Part shown: piece after piece, positions 24,649-34,694 of the stretch
How the letters are laid out: every line of letters starts with the position of its first letter
How positions within the stretch are numbered: the stretch's first letter is position 1
IMG/VR virus record: IMGVR_UViG_3300025168_000276
Span: 1-35,637 of that record
From: a virus
Taxonomy: Duplodnaviria; Caudoviricetes
DNA length: 35,637 nucleotides
Reading direction: 5' to 3' (one strand)
Position numbers and translations under genes: made by a program
The notes under the pieces: generated by a model
What the model was told of the DNA's origin: nothing
The model's input: only the letters and a program-made list of their open reading frames with translations
Databases searched by the model: none

Positions 24649-27410
24649 CCACCTACCGCCACATCCGGCACCACCGCTAATAAAGTAAGCGGCAGCGGGT
24701 CCGTCTGCCGAATAAATATCCTGGCGCCCGTATTCCAATCCGGCGTAATCACAACCTCTCGATCGCCTGTAATCAGCTGCGTCGGCTGGCCCAGCAATTC
24801 AAACTCGCGCTGTTTCATCTCGACAAGATTATCCGCGTCCGGGCCGACAAACCCGCCCCTCGTATCCTCAAACCGCAGAATAACTTTCGATACTTTTTTA
24901 AGGCGCCCCTGGATTGTGCCGGCTTTACTCGTATAGTTAAGATCAAGCGTTTCCAGATCGGTTGTGTAGTTTAACCCCATATGAACGCGGGATGCCGCGC
25001 GGGACAGCGTGACGGCGCCAGAGCTAACCGTAAGCCCAGCGACCACGTTGCCATCGGCCAAACACGCCAGCGTCTCACCCTCTAAATGGTCAAGGCCAGA
25101 GATCGAGGTGACCGCCTTGCGAGCCTCTCCGCCGCTTGTGTAAGCGGTAAAGGCTGAGCCATTAATGCCGGACAATTCAAACGTGTTGGTTGTTTTTCCA
25201 GCAACCGTAAAACGCAAATCATTTATTTGGCTCATGCCTGTCGCAGCGCCGGCCGAATTAACGCCGGTCGTCACATCAGAAATATCAATTTCATCACCAT
25301 TCTCGAAACCGTGACTGGCCGCCGTGATAACAACAGGGTTAGCTTTAGTTGCCGCGGTGATTGTTACCGGATTGTCGAGGGACAAACCGCAGTCTGCAAA
25401 AAAGCAATCGCGAACATCATCGAAGTATCTCGTATGAACACGCTCCACATACTGCACTGTATTGCCGTTAACCGTGCGCTCGACCACACAATAAACAGCG
25501 TCCTCCACATCGGATGACTCTCGAACAGCGCATACGCTTTTATATGCGCCAATGGTATCGTGTCGGGTCCAGGCCACTACCTCTTGCTCTTTATTATAGG
25601 TCAGCGTCAGCATCGCGCCGTCCGACCTACAAACCCACACAATTGAATGCGGTATTTGCTGATACCCCCACTCTTTAACCGTCTTATCTTCAAACAAATG
25701 GCTCGATAAGATGGTTAAATCGCCACCGGAATAGCTATCGCTCTCCAATGTATAACCTAGATTACGAACCATCGATCCGCGATCCTGCACATACAAAACC
25801 GCACCGCCACAAATCAAAGGCGGAACATGGCTTGAGCCAATATATGTTTGTGGGTTTTGGCGGATGGTACTCGCCGAAAACGCTACATCCGAGCCGGCGT
25901 TGATCTTCCATTCTGCGCCAGACGTTAAACACAACAAATCCGACTGCGGAACAAAGTGCCTGATCTCGTTAAGCTGCAAAGCCGACAAGGCAGCCGTAAT
26001 TGCGTCATCATCTCGCGACGGCGAACTTACATTGAAGTTCGATTGATTACCGGTTTGTGTATAGAAAATAGTATCGGGCTTGTTGTTCGTATTACCAAAT
26101 ACCCGCCGTTGCTGGTAGTAACTAACGCAACTGGGATTATTGTTGTCACCGAAAAACGGGTTTTTTTGTTGCGGCGGTGTGTCGGTTAAATCAGGATCAA
26201 CGTTATCATCTGTAAATTCGGTTGAGGTGCTTGAACCGATGAACCCGTAAATACCGGCATCTTCCTTAAAAATATCGTACTTCTCGGCGCCAGCCACAGC
26301 CGTCCAGCTAATAGTTATTGTGTTGCTCGTAGACATCGCCGCGGAGTTAGCGCTTGTGAAATCTCGCGCAAACGTGCCGCCAGATGCATAAGCGGTATGC
26401 CCGGTGCCGTCTTCACCGCGAAGCTCAAACGTATTTGTAGCCTTGTTTGCTACAACAAAACGCCGCCCGTTCAATTCGGTCATGCCAACAACGGCCGCAA
26501 TATGAATTGTATCGCCGTCGTTCAACGCATGACCGTTACTGGTTATAACTACCGGATCAGCTTGCGTTGCCGCAGTCAGCGCAGTAGTCGAAACAATCCC
26601 CGGCAACGATTGTTCGAGCGTGTCTTCCGCGACTGCAACTACCTTGTATGCAAAATTGATACTTCCGCCTGTGGCTGGTGATGCCGACAAACCCGTGGGA
26701 AACGCAATTTTGGGCTCAAACGTTGGCGTAGTGAGGCTCCATGTCGTATGGCCGGTACGCGATAACTCGCGAACGTCATAACTGGGGTGTACAAGGGTGA
26801 GAACATCGCCAGACTGTGCATATTTTAACTCCGATAAATCGCCATGTGCGTAGGGTGTCACAATCGTGTGAACCCGCTCCGCCTTGCCGGCACTTGAATA
26901 AGATGTAAACGCACTGCCATTCACATTTGCGCCGGTTACTTGGGACTGTAACTCAAACGTGTTGGTGGTTTTGCTGCTGACCAAATACCGGTTTTGGTTC
27001 AGCTGTGTCATACCCACAACTTCAGTAATGCGTACCTCGTCACCATTCTCGTAGCCGTGACTATTCGCGGTAATAACAACCGGATTCGCCGACGTTGCCC
27101 CGCTTATGGTTTTAGCAGTCTCCAGAACATGACCGCCGTTGCGAATTGGCCGCATGGCAAGATTAGAAAATTCTAATGCGTAGGTATCGGAACTCGACGC
27201 CTCGAAAGGGATCAACCGCACATTGGTACTATGCGCCTTTGCCGGGCCAACAAATTTTGTCCCAGGGCGGTTGGCTATACCGCCCGACGGGTAGACAATT
27301 GCATTCTTTGCCGTTCGTAATGCGATCGCATATTTTGATATATCAACACGACCATATAGACGCGGCGCAATCTCCCCAGAAGCAAACGATGGTTGTACCA
27401 GTTTGACCAT
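24645..27410 (-). CDS. Tail tubular protein B / nozzle with three inserted FCCH-like repeats
   Basis: QPSFASGEIAPRLYGRVD...GGIANRPGT, YAQSGD, PSCVSYYQQR, EQEVVAWTRH, QTDPLPLTL. Confidence 0.9.
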   Translation of the reverse strand: MVKLVQPSFASGEIAPRLYGRVDISKYAIALRTAKNAIVYPSGGIANRPGTKFVGPAKAHSTNVRLIPFEASSSDTYALEFSNLAMRPIRNGGHVLETAKTISGATSANPVVITANSHGYENGDEVRITEVVGMTQLNQNRYLVSSKTTNTFELQSQVTGANVNGSAFTSYSSAGKAERVHTIVTPYAHGDLSELKYAQSGDVLTLVHPSYDVRELSRTGHTTWSLTTPTFEPKIAFPTGLSASPATGGSINFAYKVVAVAEDTLEQSLPGIVSTTALTAATQADPVVITSNGHALNDGDTIHIAAVVGMTELNGRRFVVANKATNTFELRGEDGTGHTAYASGGTFARDFTSANSAAMSTSNTITISWTAVAGAEKYDIFKEDAGIYGFIGSSTSTEFTDDNVDPDLTDTPPQQKNPFFGDNNNPSCVSYYQQRRVFGNTNNKPDTIFYTQTGNQSNFNVSSPSRDDDAITAALSALQLNEIRHFVPQSDLLCLTSGAEWKINAGSDVAFSASTIRQNPQTYIGSSHVPPLICGGAVLYVQDRGSMVRNLGYTLESDSYSGGDLTILSSHLFEDKTVKEWGYQQIPHSIVWVCRSDGAMLTLTYNKEQEVVAWTRHDTIGAYKSVCAVRESSDVEDAVYCVVERTVNGNTVQYVERVHTRYFDDVRDCFFADCGLSLDNPVTITAATKANPVVITAASHGFENGDEIDISDVTTGVNSAGAATGMSQINDLRFTVAGKTTNTFELSGINGSAFTAYTSGGEARKAVTSISGLDHLEGETLACLADGNVVAGLTVSSGAVTLSRAASRVHMGLNYTTDLETLDLNYTSKAGTIQGRLKKVSKVILRFEDTRGGFVGPDADNLVEMKQREFELLGQPTQLITGDREVVITPDWNTGARIFIRQTDPLPLTLLAVVPDVAVGG

Positions 27411-27411
27411 T

Positions 27412-28017
27412 TTAAAAGCGTGACCTTATCCATTCAGCATCGCGTGGCAGCTGGTCAATACCCTCTTGTGCGCTCGACCCTGTCGCGGATCGCAAGACGG
27501 TTTGATAAATTTTAAAAACCTGGGCTGAAAGCTCTGGATCGCCGGTAATTTGAAAAGCAATATTGCTGGCAACGCGATAACTTAATGCATCAATAAACTT
27601 ACTGCTAAACAGTGTTGGATCAGACTGATCAAACGTGTAAATCATCACAGCGGTTTCAAGATCAGTTAGGATCGACTTGAGCGACCCGCTACTAATTGTT
27701 TCCACCGTAAACGGTATAGCGTCTGCCGCCTTGCCTACCGGGTTCACTATAAACCTCGCCTTGACGCAATCGCTTGGATAAGCGTAGCGATATGACCACT
27801 CGGCCGGCGGGTCTTCGCCCGACAACAGCGCCAGGGTTTGACGCTTTCGCGCAAACGGCCAGTTAAAATCTTCCAGCACCTGATTGCGCGACCAGTCAAA
27901 CCACAGCTTGCACACTTGCGCTTCGCGGCTGGCCTCATCGAGACTCTCGATCGAGCCCTTGGCGCCGACATGAGACAGCCCGAAGTTGCAGATTTGAACG
28001 CTTGAGATGCTTGGCAT
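27412..28017 (-). CDS. Tail tubular protein A / adaptor
   Basis: SVQICNFGLSHVGA...IESLDE...WPFARKR...WSYRYAYPSDC; synteny. Confidence 0.88.
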   Translation of the reverse strand: MPSISSVQICNFGLSHVGAKGSIESLDEASREAQVCKLWFDWSRNQVLEDFNWPFARKRQTLALLSGEDPPAEWSYRYAYPSDCVKARFIVNPVGKAADAIPFTVETISSGSLKSILTDLETAVMIYTFDQSDPTLFSSKFIDALSYRVASNIAFQITGDPELSAQVFKIYQTVLRSATGSSAQEGIDQLPRDAEWIRSRF

Positions 28018-28029
28018 CGATCTATTCCT

Positions 28030-28323
28030 TTAACACTTCCACCGTTTACGCGCCTGACGTAGCCGGCTATTTGGATTCTTGGCCGCTGCGGGAAACTTTT
28101 TCATTTGCCCGGCTGAACGAGCGCAGTAGGACTTCCGACGTTTGGAAGCCGCTGACCCGGCTTTAACCTTACCCGTGACAGCGCCCTTGATCTCGGACCC
28201 CGGATTAGCTGCACGGTGTTTGCGCAGTCCCGCTTTGCTCATGCCAGCACCAGACTTGGTCGGCCGATAATTGGCTCCTTTGCCTTTAGTCGTTCTGCGG
28301 ATAGGCGTCTGTTTCTTTGCCAT
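28030..28323 (-). CDS. Basic protein (DUF6321-like)
   Basis: GMSKAG...NPGS...RRKSYCARSAG...PNSRLRQARKRWKC; family recalled, not searched. Confidence 0.7.
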   Translation of the reverse strand: MAKKQTPIRRTTKGKGANYRPTKSGAGMSKAGLRKHRAANPGSEIKGAVTGKVKAGSAASKRRKSYCARSAGQMKKFPAAAKNPNSRLRQARKRWKC

Positions 28324-28534
28324 ATTCTTCGGTTTCGTTGAAATCTAAAGATTCAATTGCGTCTTCTTTGACCTTACGAGGCCGGCCCTTCTTAGCTCGC
28401 GCCGGTTTATCCTCTTCCACTACCACCGCATCCGCCGGCAGGAGAGTGCCGGCCGGTATTTCTACCGGCTCGACACCCCCCTTAAACCGAGGAAACTCAG
28501 GGATAATAAAGTCTCTTTTCAGTATGACTTTCAT
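28286..28534 (-). CDS. Hypothetical head-region protein
   Basis: 82-aa ORF with GAGGG RBS after the cement gene; overlaps the next gene by 38 nt. Confidence 0.65.
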   Translation of the reverse strand: MKVILKRDFIIPEFPRFKGGVEPVEIPAGTLLPADAVVVEEDKPARAKKGRPRKVKEDAIESLDFNETEEYGKETDAYPQND

Positions 28535-28543
28535 CCCTCAATC

Positions 28544-28987
28544 CTAGTTAGTTGCATCGCTGTAAGCTTTCCAACCATGCGGCTCGGACGTAATAAAGGC
28601 CGAGTAGGTGCCGCCGGTCGTTGTGGCGGCTCCGATAATCAGTTGAAGCCCAAGGAATTGCTCGTATGCATTTCCCTCGAGAGGCAACGGTATTACCTTT
28701 GTGTGCCCAACCGCATAGGTGCCAAACGCCTCGGCGCCGGTATCTATGTGACCTGTGCTTGTCGTCGCGTGGACTGCGGCACTGTTATCACTCCTCAAAC
28801 GAAACTGAACAGTGGCCGAGCCTGACGAGGCAAACGCCTCATCCGCTTGTATAACCAAGTACAAAGGCTGACCGTTACCAATGTCTCGGGCAACGCTCAT
28901 ATCAACTTGGTTCGGGGCTAGGAACGTGCCAGCGCTTTGACTGCCGTCAGCTGCGTTAGCAAATTCAAGTCTGCTATCTACCATCAT
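28544..28987 (-). CDS. Capsid cement/decoration protein (BPP-1 Bbp16-like)
   Basis: MMVDSRLEF...RDIGNGQPLYLVIQADEAF...GTYSAFIT; directly after the capsid gene. Confidence 0.82.
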   Translation of the reverse strand: MMVDSRLEFANAADGSQSAGTFLAPNQVDMSVARDIGNGQPLYLVIQADEAFASSGSATVQFRLRSDNSAAVHATTSTGHIDTGAEAFGTYAVGHTKVIPLPLEGNAYEQFLGLQLIIGAATTTGGTYSAFITSEPHGWKAYSDATN

Positions 28988-29013
28988 TTTCTGTTTACTC
29001 CTTCTTCAATTTA

Positions 29014-30012
29014 CTAGGAAACAGCCGCTTCGTCGGGCGCCAAAGCGTCCGTTCGGCGAACAGGTATTCCGTCATAAGTTACAACCGACTTGCCTCCAAC
29101 TTGCTCCATCGTCAGTGTTGACGATGAAACCTTGCTGGCAATTTGACGACGCAAGAACGACTTAATTGTACGCGAGCAATAGAAAGCCGGACGGCCAAGG
29201 CCGAGGCTTGGGATAAGCTCTATCGCTTGTGCCATCAAATCAGTTAAGTCAGCACCGCTTGCAGCATTTTTCGTCAAGTCAGACTTATCGATATTGGCAA
29301 TACGAACAACGTAACGCCAGTCACGAACCGTCAGACCACCACACCATTTATAGTGAGTGCGATAGGCTTCCATTCGACCGCCGCTACCGTCCACATCCTC
29401 GATGGTAACTTGACCTTTGTCAGTCATCTCAAGACCGCCAACGCTGCCTTTTGGGTAGAGGCCGTGGCAAGTGTTTGGCCCCCAAACAACCAGCCAGATC
29501 GAAGTATTATCCGAGCCGGAGCCGCCACCGGAAATGATGTTTTCACCATTGGCAGCTGACAAAGAGTTAAAGCGCGGAGCAAAGCCCGTGAACTCTTCCG
29601 GTGCGCTGGATTCATCACCAAAAAATAAAGTATCGACATATTCTTGGTTCATGCCTTCAAGATGCCCCCGGTCTTCAGACAAACGGAAACCAGCCGTGTT
29701 GCCGTTAAGATCAGCAAGCGCCTTATCGACTTCGGCATAGGCTTCCAGCTGGCCGGTATTGTCGGTCACCTGGACGGTTGTCGATTTGGTCGGTTGAACG
29801 CCACCATAGAGCTTGCGCCATGTTGGAATGGGCAAACCTGTACGAATTGTTGTGCGGTGACCGGTAGGAAGATTGCCTTCCAGCATGGTCATATCGTCCA
29901 ACACCTCGTTGGTTTCGTTTAGTATTTCAACGATCGTATCAATACGACCATCGGGGTCCATGCGCTTGGCAACGTCCGCCAGCGTTGGATTGGTTACGCT
30001 AAGTGCAGCCAT
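29014..30012 (-). CDS. Major capsid protein (BPP-1/epsilon15-like)
   Basis: TLADVAKRMDPDG...IVEILNETNE...EGNLPTGH-TTIRTGLP...DWRYVVRIANID...GIPVRRTDAL; TAAGGAG RBS. Confidence 0.95.
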   Translation of the reverse strand: MAALSVTNPTLADVAKRMDPDGRIDTIVEILNETNEVLDDMTMLEGNLPTGHRTTIRTGLPIPTWRKLYGGVQPTKSTTVQVTDNTGQLEAYAEVDKALADLNGNTAGFRLSEDRGHLEGMNQEYVDTLFFGDESSAPEEFTGFAPRFNSLSAANGENIISGGGSGSDNTSIWLVVWGPNTCHGLYPKGSVGGLEMTDKGQVTIEDVDGSGGRMEAYRTHYKWCGGLTVRDWRYVVRIANIDKSDLTKNAASGADLTDLMAQAIELIPSLGLGRPAFYCSRTIKSFLRRQIASKVSSSTLTMEQVGGKSVVTYDGIPVRRTDALAPDEAAVS

Positions 30013-30080
30013 CTTGACTTACTCCTTAATTGTAATGACAACGCTTGTGCATTTGTCATCACGGTTTGCAAAAAAGGGCA

Positions 30081-30794
30081 CTACTCTTGCCCCATGGTTG
30101 GGTAGAGGATTTCAGCATGTGTCTTCGGTCCAGTGGTTGCTTTGCCTGGGACCATTGCATCCTCAGATATTGCCTTGCCGACTCTCGACAGTAACCTAAT
30201 AAACTCCGGGTGATTTCCGGCGCCGGTTACTGACATAGCTTCGTCAAGTTCGGGTGTTCCAAACTGCTTGAGAGCTTTCTTCGCATCGCCAAGATTGCTT
30301 TCAAACTTTTCCCCACCAATTTCCTTATCGGTTTTGGCTTGATCTACCCATGTTTGCTGCGTCTCTGCCCACATTTTTTGCTGATTTTCGGTCGCTTCAA
30401 CCACTGCGTCTGTGTAAAGATCGACAAACTTCTGTGCGTTATCTTGATCCAAACCGGCCTCTTTTGCGATCGGCTTAAATTTATCTAACGCATCGTTATC
30501 CATCTCCACGCCTTCCGGCAATGTGAATGCTTCGTAATCACCAGGAGCGTCTTGCTTCTCGTCACTGTTAGTGTCCGCTTTAGCGTCTTGCTCTGCTTTG
30601 TCGGCTTCTGCCTCGGCCTCTCCCGCCTTGGCAGCAGCATCATCCTCCGACCCTTGACCATCGAACATGGTTTCAGCTTGCGCTTGCGCCTGATCTTCTG
30701 GTGTTGAATCGTCGGTCGCCTGATCGTTAGCAGCCACATCAACGGCATCGGTGTTATCTTCCGCATCTGTCAGCATAGTTTCTTGATCAGCCAT
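30081..30794 (-). CDS. Scaffolding protein
   Basis: Acidic low-complexity N-terminus, APGDYEAFTLPEG, GAGNHPEFIR...GKAISED, ILYP; directly before the capsid gene. Confidence 0.85.
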   Translation of the reverse strand: MADQETMLTDAEDNTDAVDVAANDQATDDSTPEDQAQAQAETMFDGQGSEDDAAAKAGEAEAEADKAEQDAKADTNSDEKQDAPGDYEAFTLPEGVEMDNDALDKFKPIAKEAGLDQDNAQKFVDLYTDAVVEATENQQKMWAETQQTWVDQAKTDKEIGGEKFESNLGDAKKALKQFGTPELDEAMSVTGAGNHPEFIRLLSRVGKAISEDAMVPGKATTGPKTHAEILYPTMGQE

Positions 30795-31113
30795 TCTTTA
30801 AAAACTCCTCTTCGTTTTTGATCATCATGTTTGCATACGCCTTGGGGTCTGCCGCTACAATTTCGCTGAGAACCCAAAGCCCTACTTCACGTTTCCCTTC
30901 ATTGAAGAACGTTTGGCTGTTGCCCGTGAAAGATGTTTCGTAGAGTTTACATCGAGCGAGCAACCGCCAGAAAAATTCTTTACCGCCGTCGCTTTCAAGG
31001 ATGTCCCGCAATGCGGACAATTGATCCTCTCGCTTGAGCTTGGTTTTTGTCTTTCGCGATTTGACCTGATGTTCATCGCTGGTGTCATAGTTAACTTTAT
31101 CCTCCTGCATCAC
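30787..31113 (-). CDS. Bbp19-like head protein
   Basis: GKEFFWRLL...TSFTGNSQTFFNEGKREVGL; between portal and scaffold. Confidence 0.8.
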   Translation of the reverse strand: MMQEDKVNYDTSDEHQVKSRKTKTKLKREDQLSALRDILESDGGKEFFWRLLARCKLYETSFTGNSQTFFNEGKREVGLWVLSEIVAADPKAYANMMIKNEEEFLKNG

Positions 31114-32801
31114 TGACCTAACATCGCTTGCATAGCGTTGCGTTCATTGTTCTCGCCTTCATTGCTAACCGGCGTTTGCCCAAGGTTCTTGCCAGTTTCA
31201 CTTGCCATTTTCGCCATTTCGGCCGCTTGCTGCATCTGCATCATTTGTTGGCGCTGCGCTCGTATTTGCGCCACCACTTCATCATCGCGAATAATACGCG
31301 GATCAATACCGACCATCGTGGTGTATTCATCAATCGCCTGATCCAAATCAATCTTATCGATAACGCTGGGATCGGCTTGTGCGAGCGTCTGAACAAACAT
31401 TGTCGATCGTTCGAGCGCACCAGTGCCGATTGATTTTTGCGCCATTGCCATCACACTGATGTATTCAACGCGCAGCGGCGAGCCCTGCAACTCATCAGGG
31501 ATTGGCGGCAGTATTTCAGCGCGAGCCATGATGTTAAAGGTTCGATCAATTAAAGGATTTAGCAGTCGGGAATGAAGATTCTCCAGCACTGGCCCAAGTG
31601 CTAAAAGTTTCTCTTCTTGTCGGGCATCAATCTCGCGAGCCGTGATTTGGCGCCGGTCACTGTTCGCCATCATCAAGAACAGGTCAGCATAAAACGCTTT
31701 GTTTATCCTACCTTCGACTTGCTGAATATCTGCCATCAATTCCTGGATTCGCGGATTAACCTGGTAAATCGGCGACAGCCCTTCGCGTGACTGATCGTTG
31801 TCGTATAGTGTTAAACCGCCTGGCAAACTGTTAACCGGGATATTACGCAGAGAGCTTGGCCCTTTTAGTGGTGGGCTCGCGAGCTTATCAATCGCTTGCG
31901 CCTTGCGTTTCTCCTCGATTTGCAATGCCTTTACATCGCCTAGGCTCGTCATCCCAGGACAATCGGTGGCGTAGATGTCGCCCCCGGTAACCTCCCAACG
32001 CGGAACCATTATCGGAAACTCATCAAAACCCTGCTCACTCAACAAACCTCGAATTGCGTTTGGGTGCTGCCGGCCAAGTTCGTAATATACCGATCGATAA
32101 CGTTTGTTCTTTGAGTCTTTTAATTTTAGATCGCGGTCATCGTTCGGCTCAACCGCATGCACTACCGGGCGCCATGTATCTAAATTGCCTTCTTTGTAGG
32201 CCGTCAACGTATCTTCGCTTACAGCGTCCAGGCCCCACTTTTGGACGATTTGACCCACACTCATATCAATGACGCGGTAAAAGGTATCAACTTCGTAGCG
32301 ATCGTTAATAGCTATGGAATACTCGCCTACCGGATGATGATAACAGCGAATAACATCCTCGAAATCTTCCATAACACTCATGGCGCTTGTGCCAAACAAA
32401 CCAAGCTCGCGATATAAGATAGGCAGCACTTCGTATAGATTGGACTGCGCAAATATTTCGCGCATGATTTTCTCAACGTCAGACAGCCACACCTTAACTT
32501 CTGTTGAGTCCATCATCTGGCGATCGTGAGTTGCCAAACGAAACCACGGCCTTGCCGGCGACGTAATACCCGCCATCATTCCACTGCTTAATGTTTTGAG
32601 CGCCTGACCGGCAACGCTGTTTATAATCTTGGTGTTCTTTTTCTCACCGCGATTACGATCGGTTCGCTCGAACCGCCCACGGCGTGGCGCAATGTAATCC
32701 GCCAACTCGCGCCAGTGTGAAATGAAAGACGACCTTTCAAGTTCGAGCGAACCCCGCCGATGCTCAAAATGCTCTTTAGCAGTTTTATGAGTGTAGTCCA
32801 T
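31110..32801 (-). CDS. Portal (head-tail connector) protein
   Basis: WRELADYIAPRR, GITSPARPWF, VPRW, TAREIDARQEEKLLALGPVLE, VEYISVMAMAQK. Confidence 0.95.
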   Translation of the reverse strand: MDYTHKTAKEHFEHRRGSLELERSSFISHWRELADYIAPRRGRFERTDRNRGEKKNTKIINSVAGQALKTLSSGMMAGITSPARPWFRLATHDRQMMDSTEVKVWLSDVEKIMREIFAQSNLYEVLPILYRELGLFGTSAMSVMEDFEDVIRCYHHPVGEYSIAINDRYEVDTFYRVIDMSVGQIVQKWGLDAVSEDTLTAYKEGNLDTWRPVVHAVEPNDDRDLKLKDSKNKRYRSVYYELGRQHPNAIRGLLSEQGFDEFPIMVPRWEVTGGDIYATDCPGMTSLGDVKALQIEEKRKAQAIDKLASPPLKGPSSLRNIPVNSLPGGLTLYDNDQSREGLSPIYQVNPRIQELMADIQQVEGRINKAFYADLFLMMANSDRRQITAREIDARQEEKLLALGPVLENLHSRLLNPLIDRTFNIMARAEILPPIPDELQGSPLRVEYISVMAMAQKSIGTGALERSTMFVQTLAQADPSVIDKIDLDQAIDEYTTMVGIDPRIIRDDEVVAQIRAQRQQMMQMQQAAEMAKMASETGKNLGQTPVSNEGENNERNAMQAMLGQ

Positions 32802-33019
32802 TATTGTCCTAACAACGTCTTACCGGTTGTGTTTGCCGTGCCTAGGTCTTCACTCGTTGTCAGCAATGTGCTTGACCGGCCTTCTGCTAATGCCGCCCGG
32901 TTCCGCTCTTGCTGCCGCGCCCTGATCACAGCATCATCCGTCCTTTTAGGAGGCGGTGCAGGTGCTGCCGGCGGTGGTGGTGGTGCTGGCACACTAGGTG
33001 CGCCTCCTCCAATACACAT
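32801..33019 (-). CDS. Small Pro-rich virion-associated protein upstream of the portal
   Basis: MCIGGG-Pro-rich-GRSSTLLT...KTLLGQ; TAATG coupling with the portal gene. Confidence 0.8.
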   Translation of the reverse strand: MCIGGGAPSVPAPPPPPAAPAPPPKRTDDAVIRARQQERNRAALAEGRSSTLLTTSEDLGTANTTGKTLLGQ

Positions 33020-33022
33020 GAC

Positions 33023-33181
33023 TTATTTCCTTCTCTTCGCTGTTTTTTCACTACGTTTAAAAGCTCCGCGGCTTGGTGCGCCTTTTGCGCCAGGTCGCCG
33101 CATTTTCTCGCCGCTGCCAGCTTTGATTCTGGCTCGTTTGCGGTTAGTATTTTCGTATAATCCGCGTTTCGCTTTAGGCAT
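33023..33181 (-). CDS. 52-aa highly basic protein
   Basis: MPKAKRGLYENTNRKRARIKAGSGEKMRRPGAKGAPS...; ATG at 33181 after GAGG, overlapping the terL end. Confidence 0.75.
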   Translation of the reverse strand: MPKAKRGLYENTNRKRARIKAGSGEKMRRPGAKGAPSRGAFKRSEKTAKRRK

Positions 33182-34694
33182 GAGCTTCCTCAAATGGATT
33201 GTAATCAGAGTTGATCCGACCATGCATGGTCATGCCAGCCGGCATGTGGCGCGGCGCCACAGGTTGAGCAAACGTCAAAGCCAAGGCATCGCCCATATCG
33301 GGTGATGCGGCCCCGCGCTTCTTCATGTCGGATTTCTTTTCTAAAAGGATGGCATTGTTTAAATTGAAACCGTATTCAAGCCCGGTCAGGTCTTCCTTTA
33401 GTTCGCGATCATCAACAATGGCTAGATTGTTTGCCAGCGCCTCACGCATGTTGCCCCACATTTCGGCTCGCTTGTTGGCATATGATCGATCGGTCGGGCT
33501 CGAAGCCGACTGCACTTCGCGAGGGTCATAACCCAATGCTCGCAGCTGATCGACAACGCCACCGCCTACCCCTCCACCATCAACAAACAGCGCATTACAT
33601 TCTCTACCGCGTACCTCGAATTCTTTAATGACCTCAATCACTCGACCAGCAACTTGCACCGTATCGAGGCCACGATACTTTCTGACCTCCCAGCTTTGTG
33701 CATCACGACCAACCCTTGGATAGATTACAGTCTGATCATCACCAAATCGCGCAACGTCCACACCTATAATTAATGGCGCATTGCTATCGTCGCTTGGTTG
33801 GCGTTCAATTGCTTGCTCTACAATATCACTGCTTATGAATTGCAAATCACCAGCCGATGGAAAGTCACCGCGCACCCTGATCTTCACAAAGTCTGAGTCT
33901 TCGCCGTAATCTTCGACCCATTTATTCAGCCGGTCCTTGTTGGTGATCGCGACCGTTCGGCTATCGATCGATCGCACGTTCCAACGATGCCTAAACTTGC
34001 CCTTGCAGTTCTCAAAGAACCGGCCGGTATTGCGGGTTGGGTTGCCGAACTGGAACCACATTGGCTCACCGTCCGTCGTACCGCCCTCGGACACTTCATA
34101 GATTTTATCGGGTATGGCCGAAGCCTCATCGAAAATATAGAACGGCGTCGAGCCGGCAGAGTGTAGACCAGCAAAAGCTTCGCTGTTTTCTTCGCGACAC
34201 GTTTGCGCATCAACCCGCCAGGTTTCCGGGGTATCCCGGAACACCAGCGACATTGACCCTCTGCCACTCGAATAGTTAAACCAATGGCGTGTAATGCATA
34301 TCCGTAGCCATTTTCCAAGTTCGGCCCATGTCTTGGTTCGCAGCTGTTCAGCTGTGTTGGCCGTTACAACGCCTTTGCAATTTGGCCGTGTGGACATAAT
34401 CCATAAAATCAACCATGCCGTAATGGCTGACTTGCCAATTCCGTGACCGCTCGATGTTGCAAAGTTAATCGGATCAACCGCGTTGAAGCCGTCAAACCCG
34501 CGCAATGCAACTTCATTTGCTACATCTTTTAAAAAATTGATTTGCCATGCGTCGGGTTGACGGCCTTCCAGTTCTCCCTCCCCCCACGGAAATGCGTACA
34601 TTACAAAACCCAATGGGTCGGCATAAAACTTAGCAATGTCGGCGATCAAAAGATCGTCAGCACTCGTCGCCGTTTTCATCAATTGTAATGCCAC
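33174..34694 (-). CDS. terL: Terminase large subunit
   Basis: SSGHGIGKS (Walker A), YIFDEAS (Walker B), GNPTR, IIGVDVARFGDD and SPDMGDAL nuclease motifs; start may be ATG 34679. Confidence 0.96.
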   Translation of the reverse strand: MALQLMKTATSADDLLIADIAKFYADPLGFVMYAFPWGEGELEGRQPDAWQINFLKDVANEVALRGFDGFNAVDPINFATSSGHGIGKSAITAWLILWIMSTRPNCKGVVTANTAEQLRTKTWAELGKWLRICITRHWFNYSSGRGSMSLVFRDTPETWRVDAQTCREENSEAFAGLHSAGSTPFYIFDEASAIPDKIYEVSEGGTTDGEPMWFQFGNPTRNTGRFFENCKGKFRHRWNVRSIDSRTVAITNKDRLNKWVEDYGEDSDFVKIRVRGDFPSAGDLQFISSDIVEQAIERQPSDDSNAPLIIGVDVARFGDDQTVIYPRVGRDAQSWEVRKYRGLDTVQVAGRVIEVIKEFEVRGRECNALFVDGGGVGGGVVDQLRALGYDPREVQSASSPTDRSYANKRAEMWGNMREALANNLAIVDDRELKEDLTGLEYGFNLNNAILLEKKSDMKKRGAASPDMGDALALTFAQPVAPRHMPAGMTMHGRINSDYNPFEEAHA

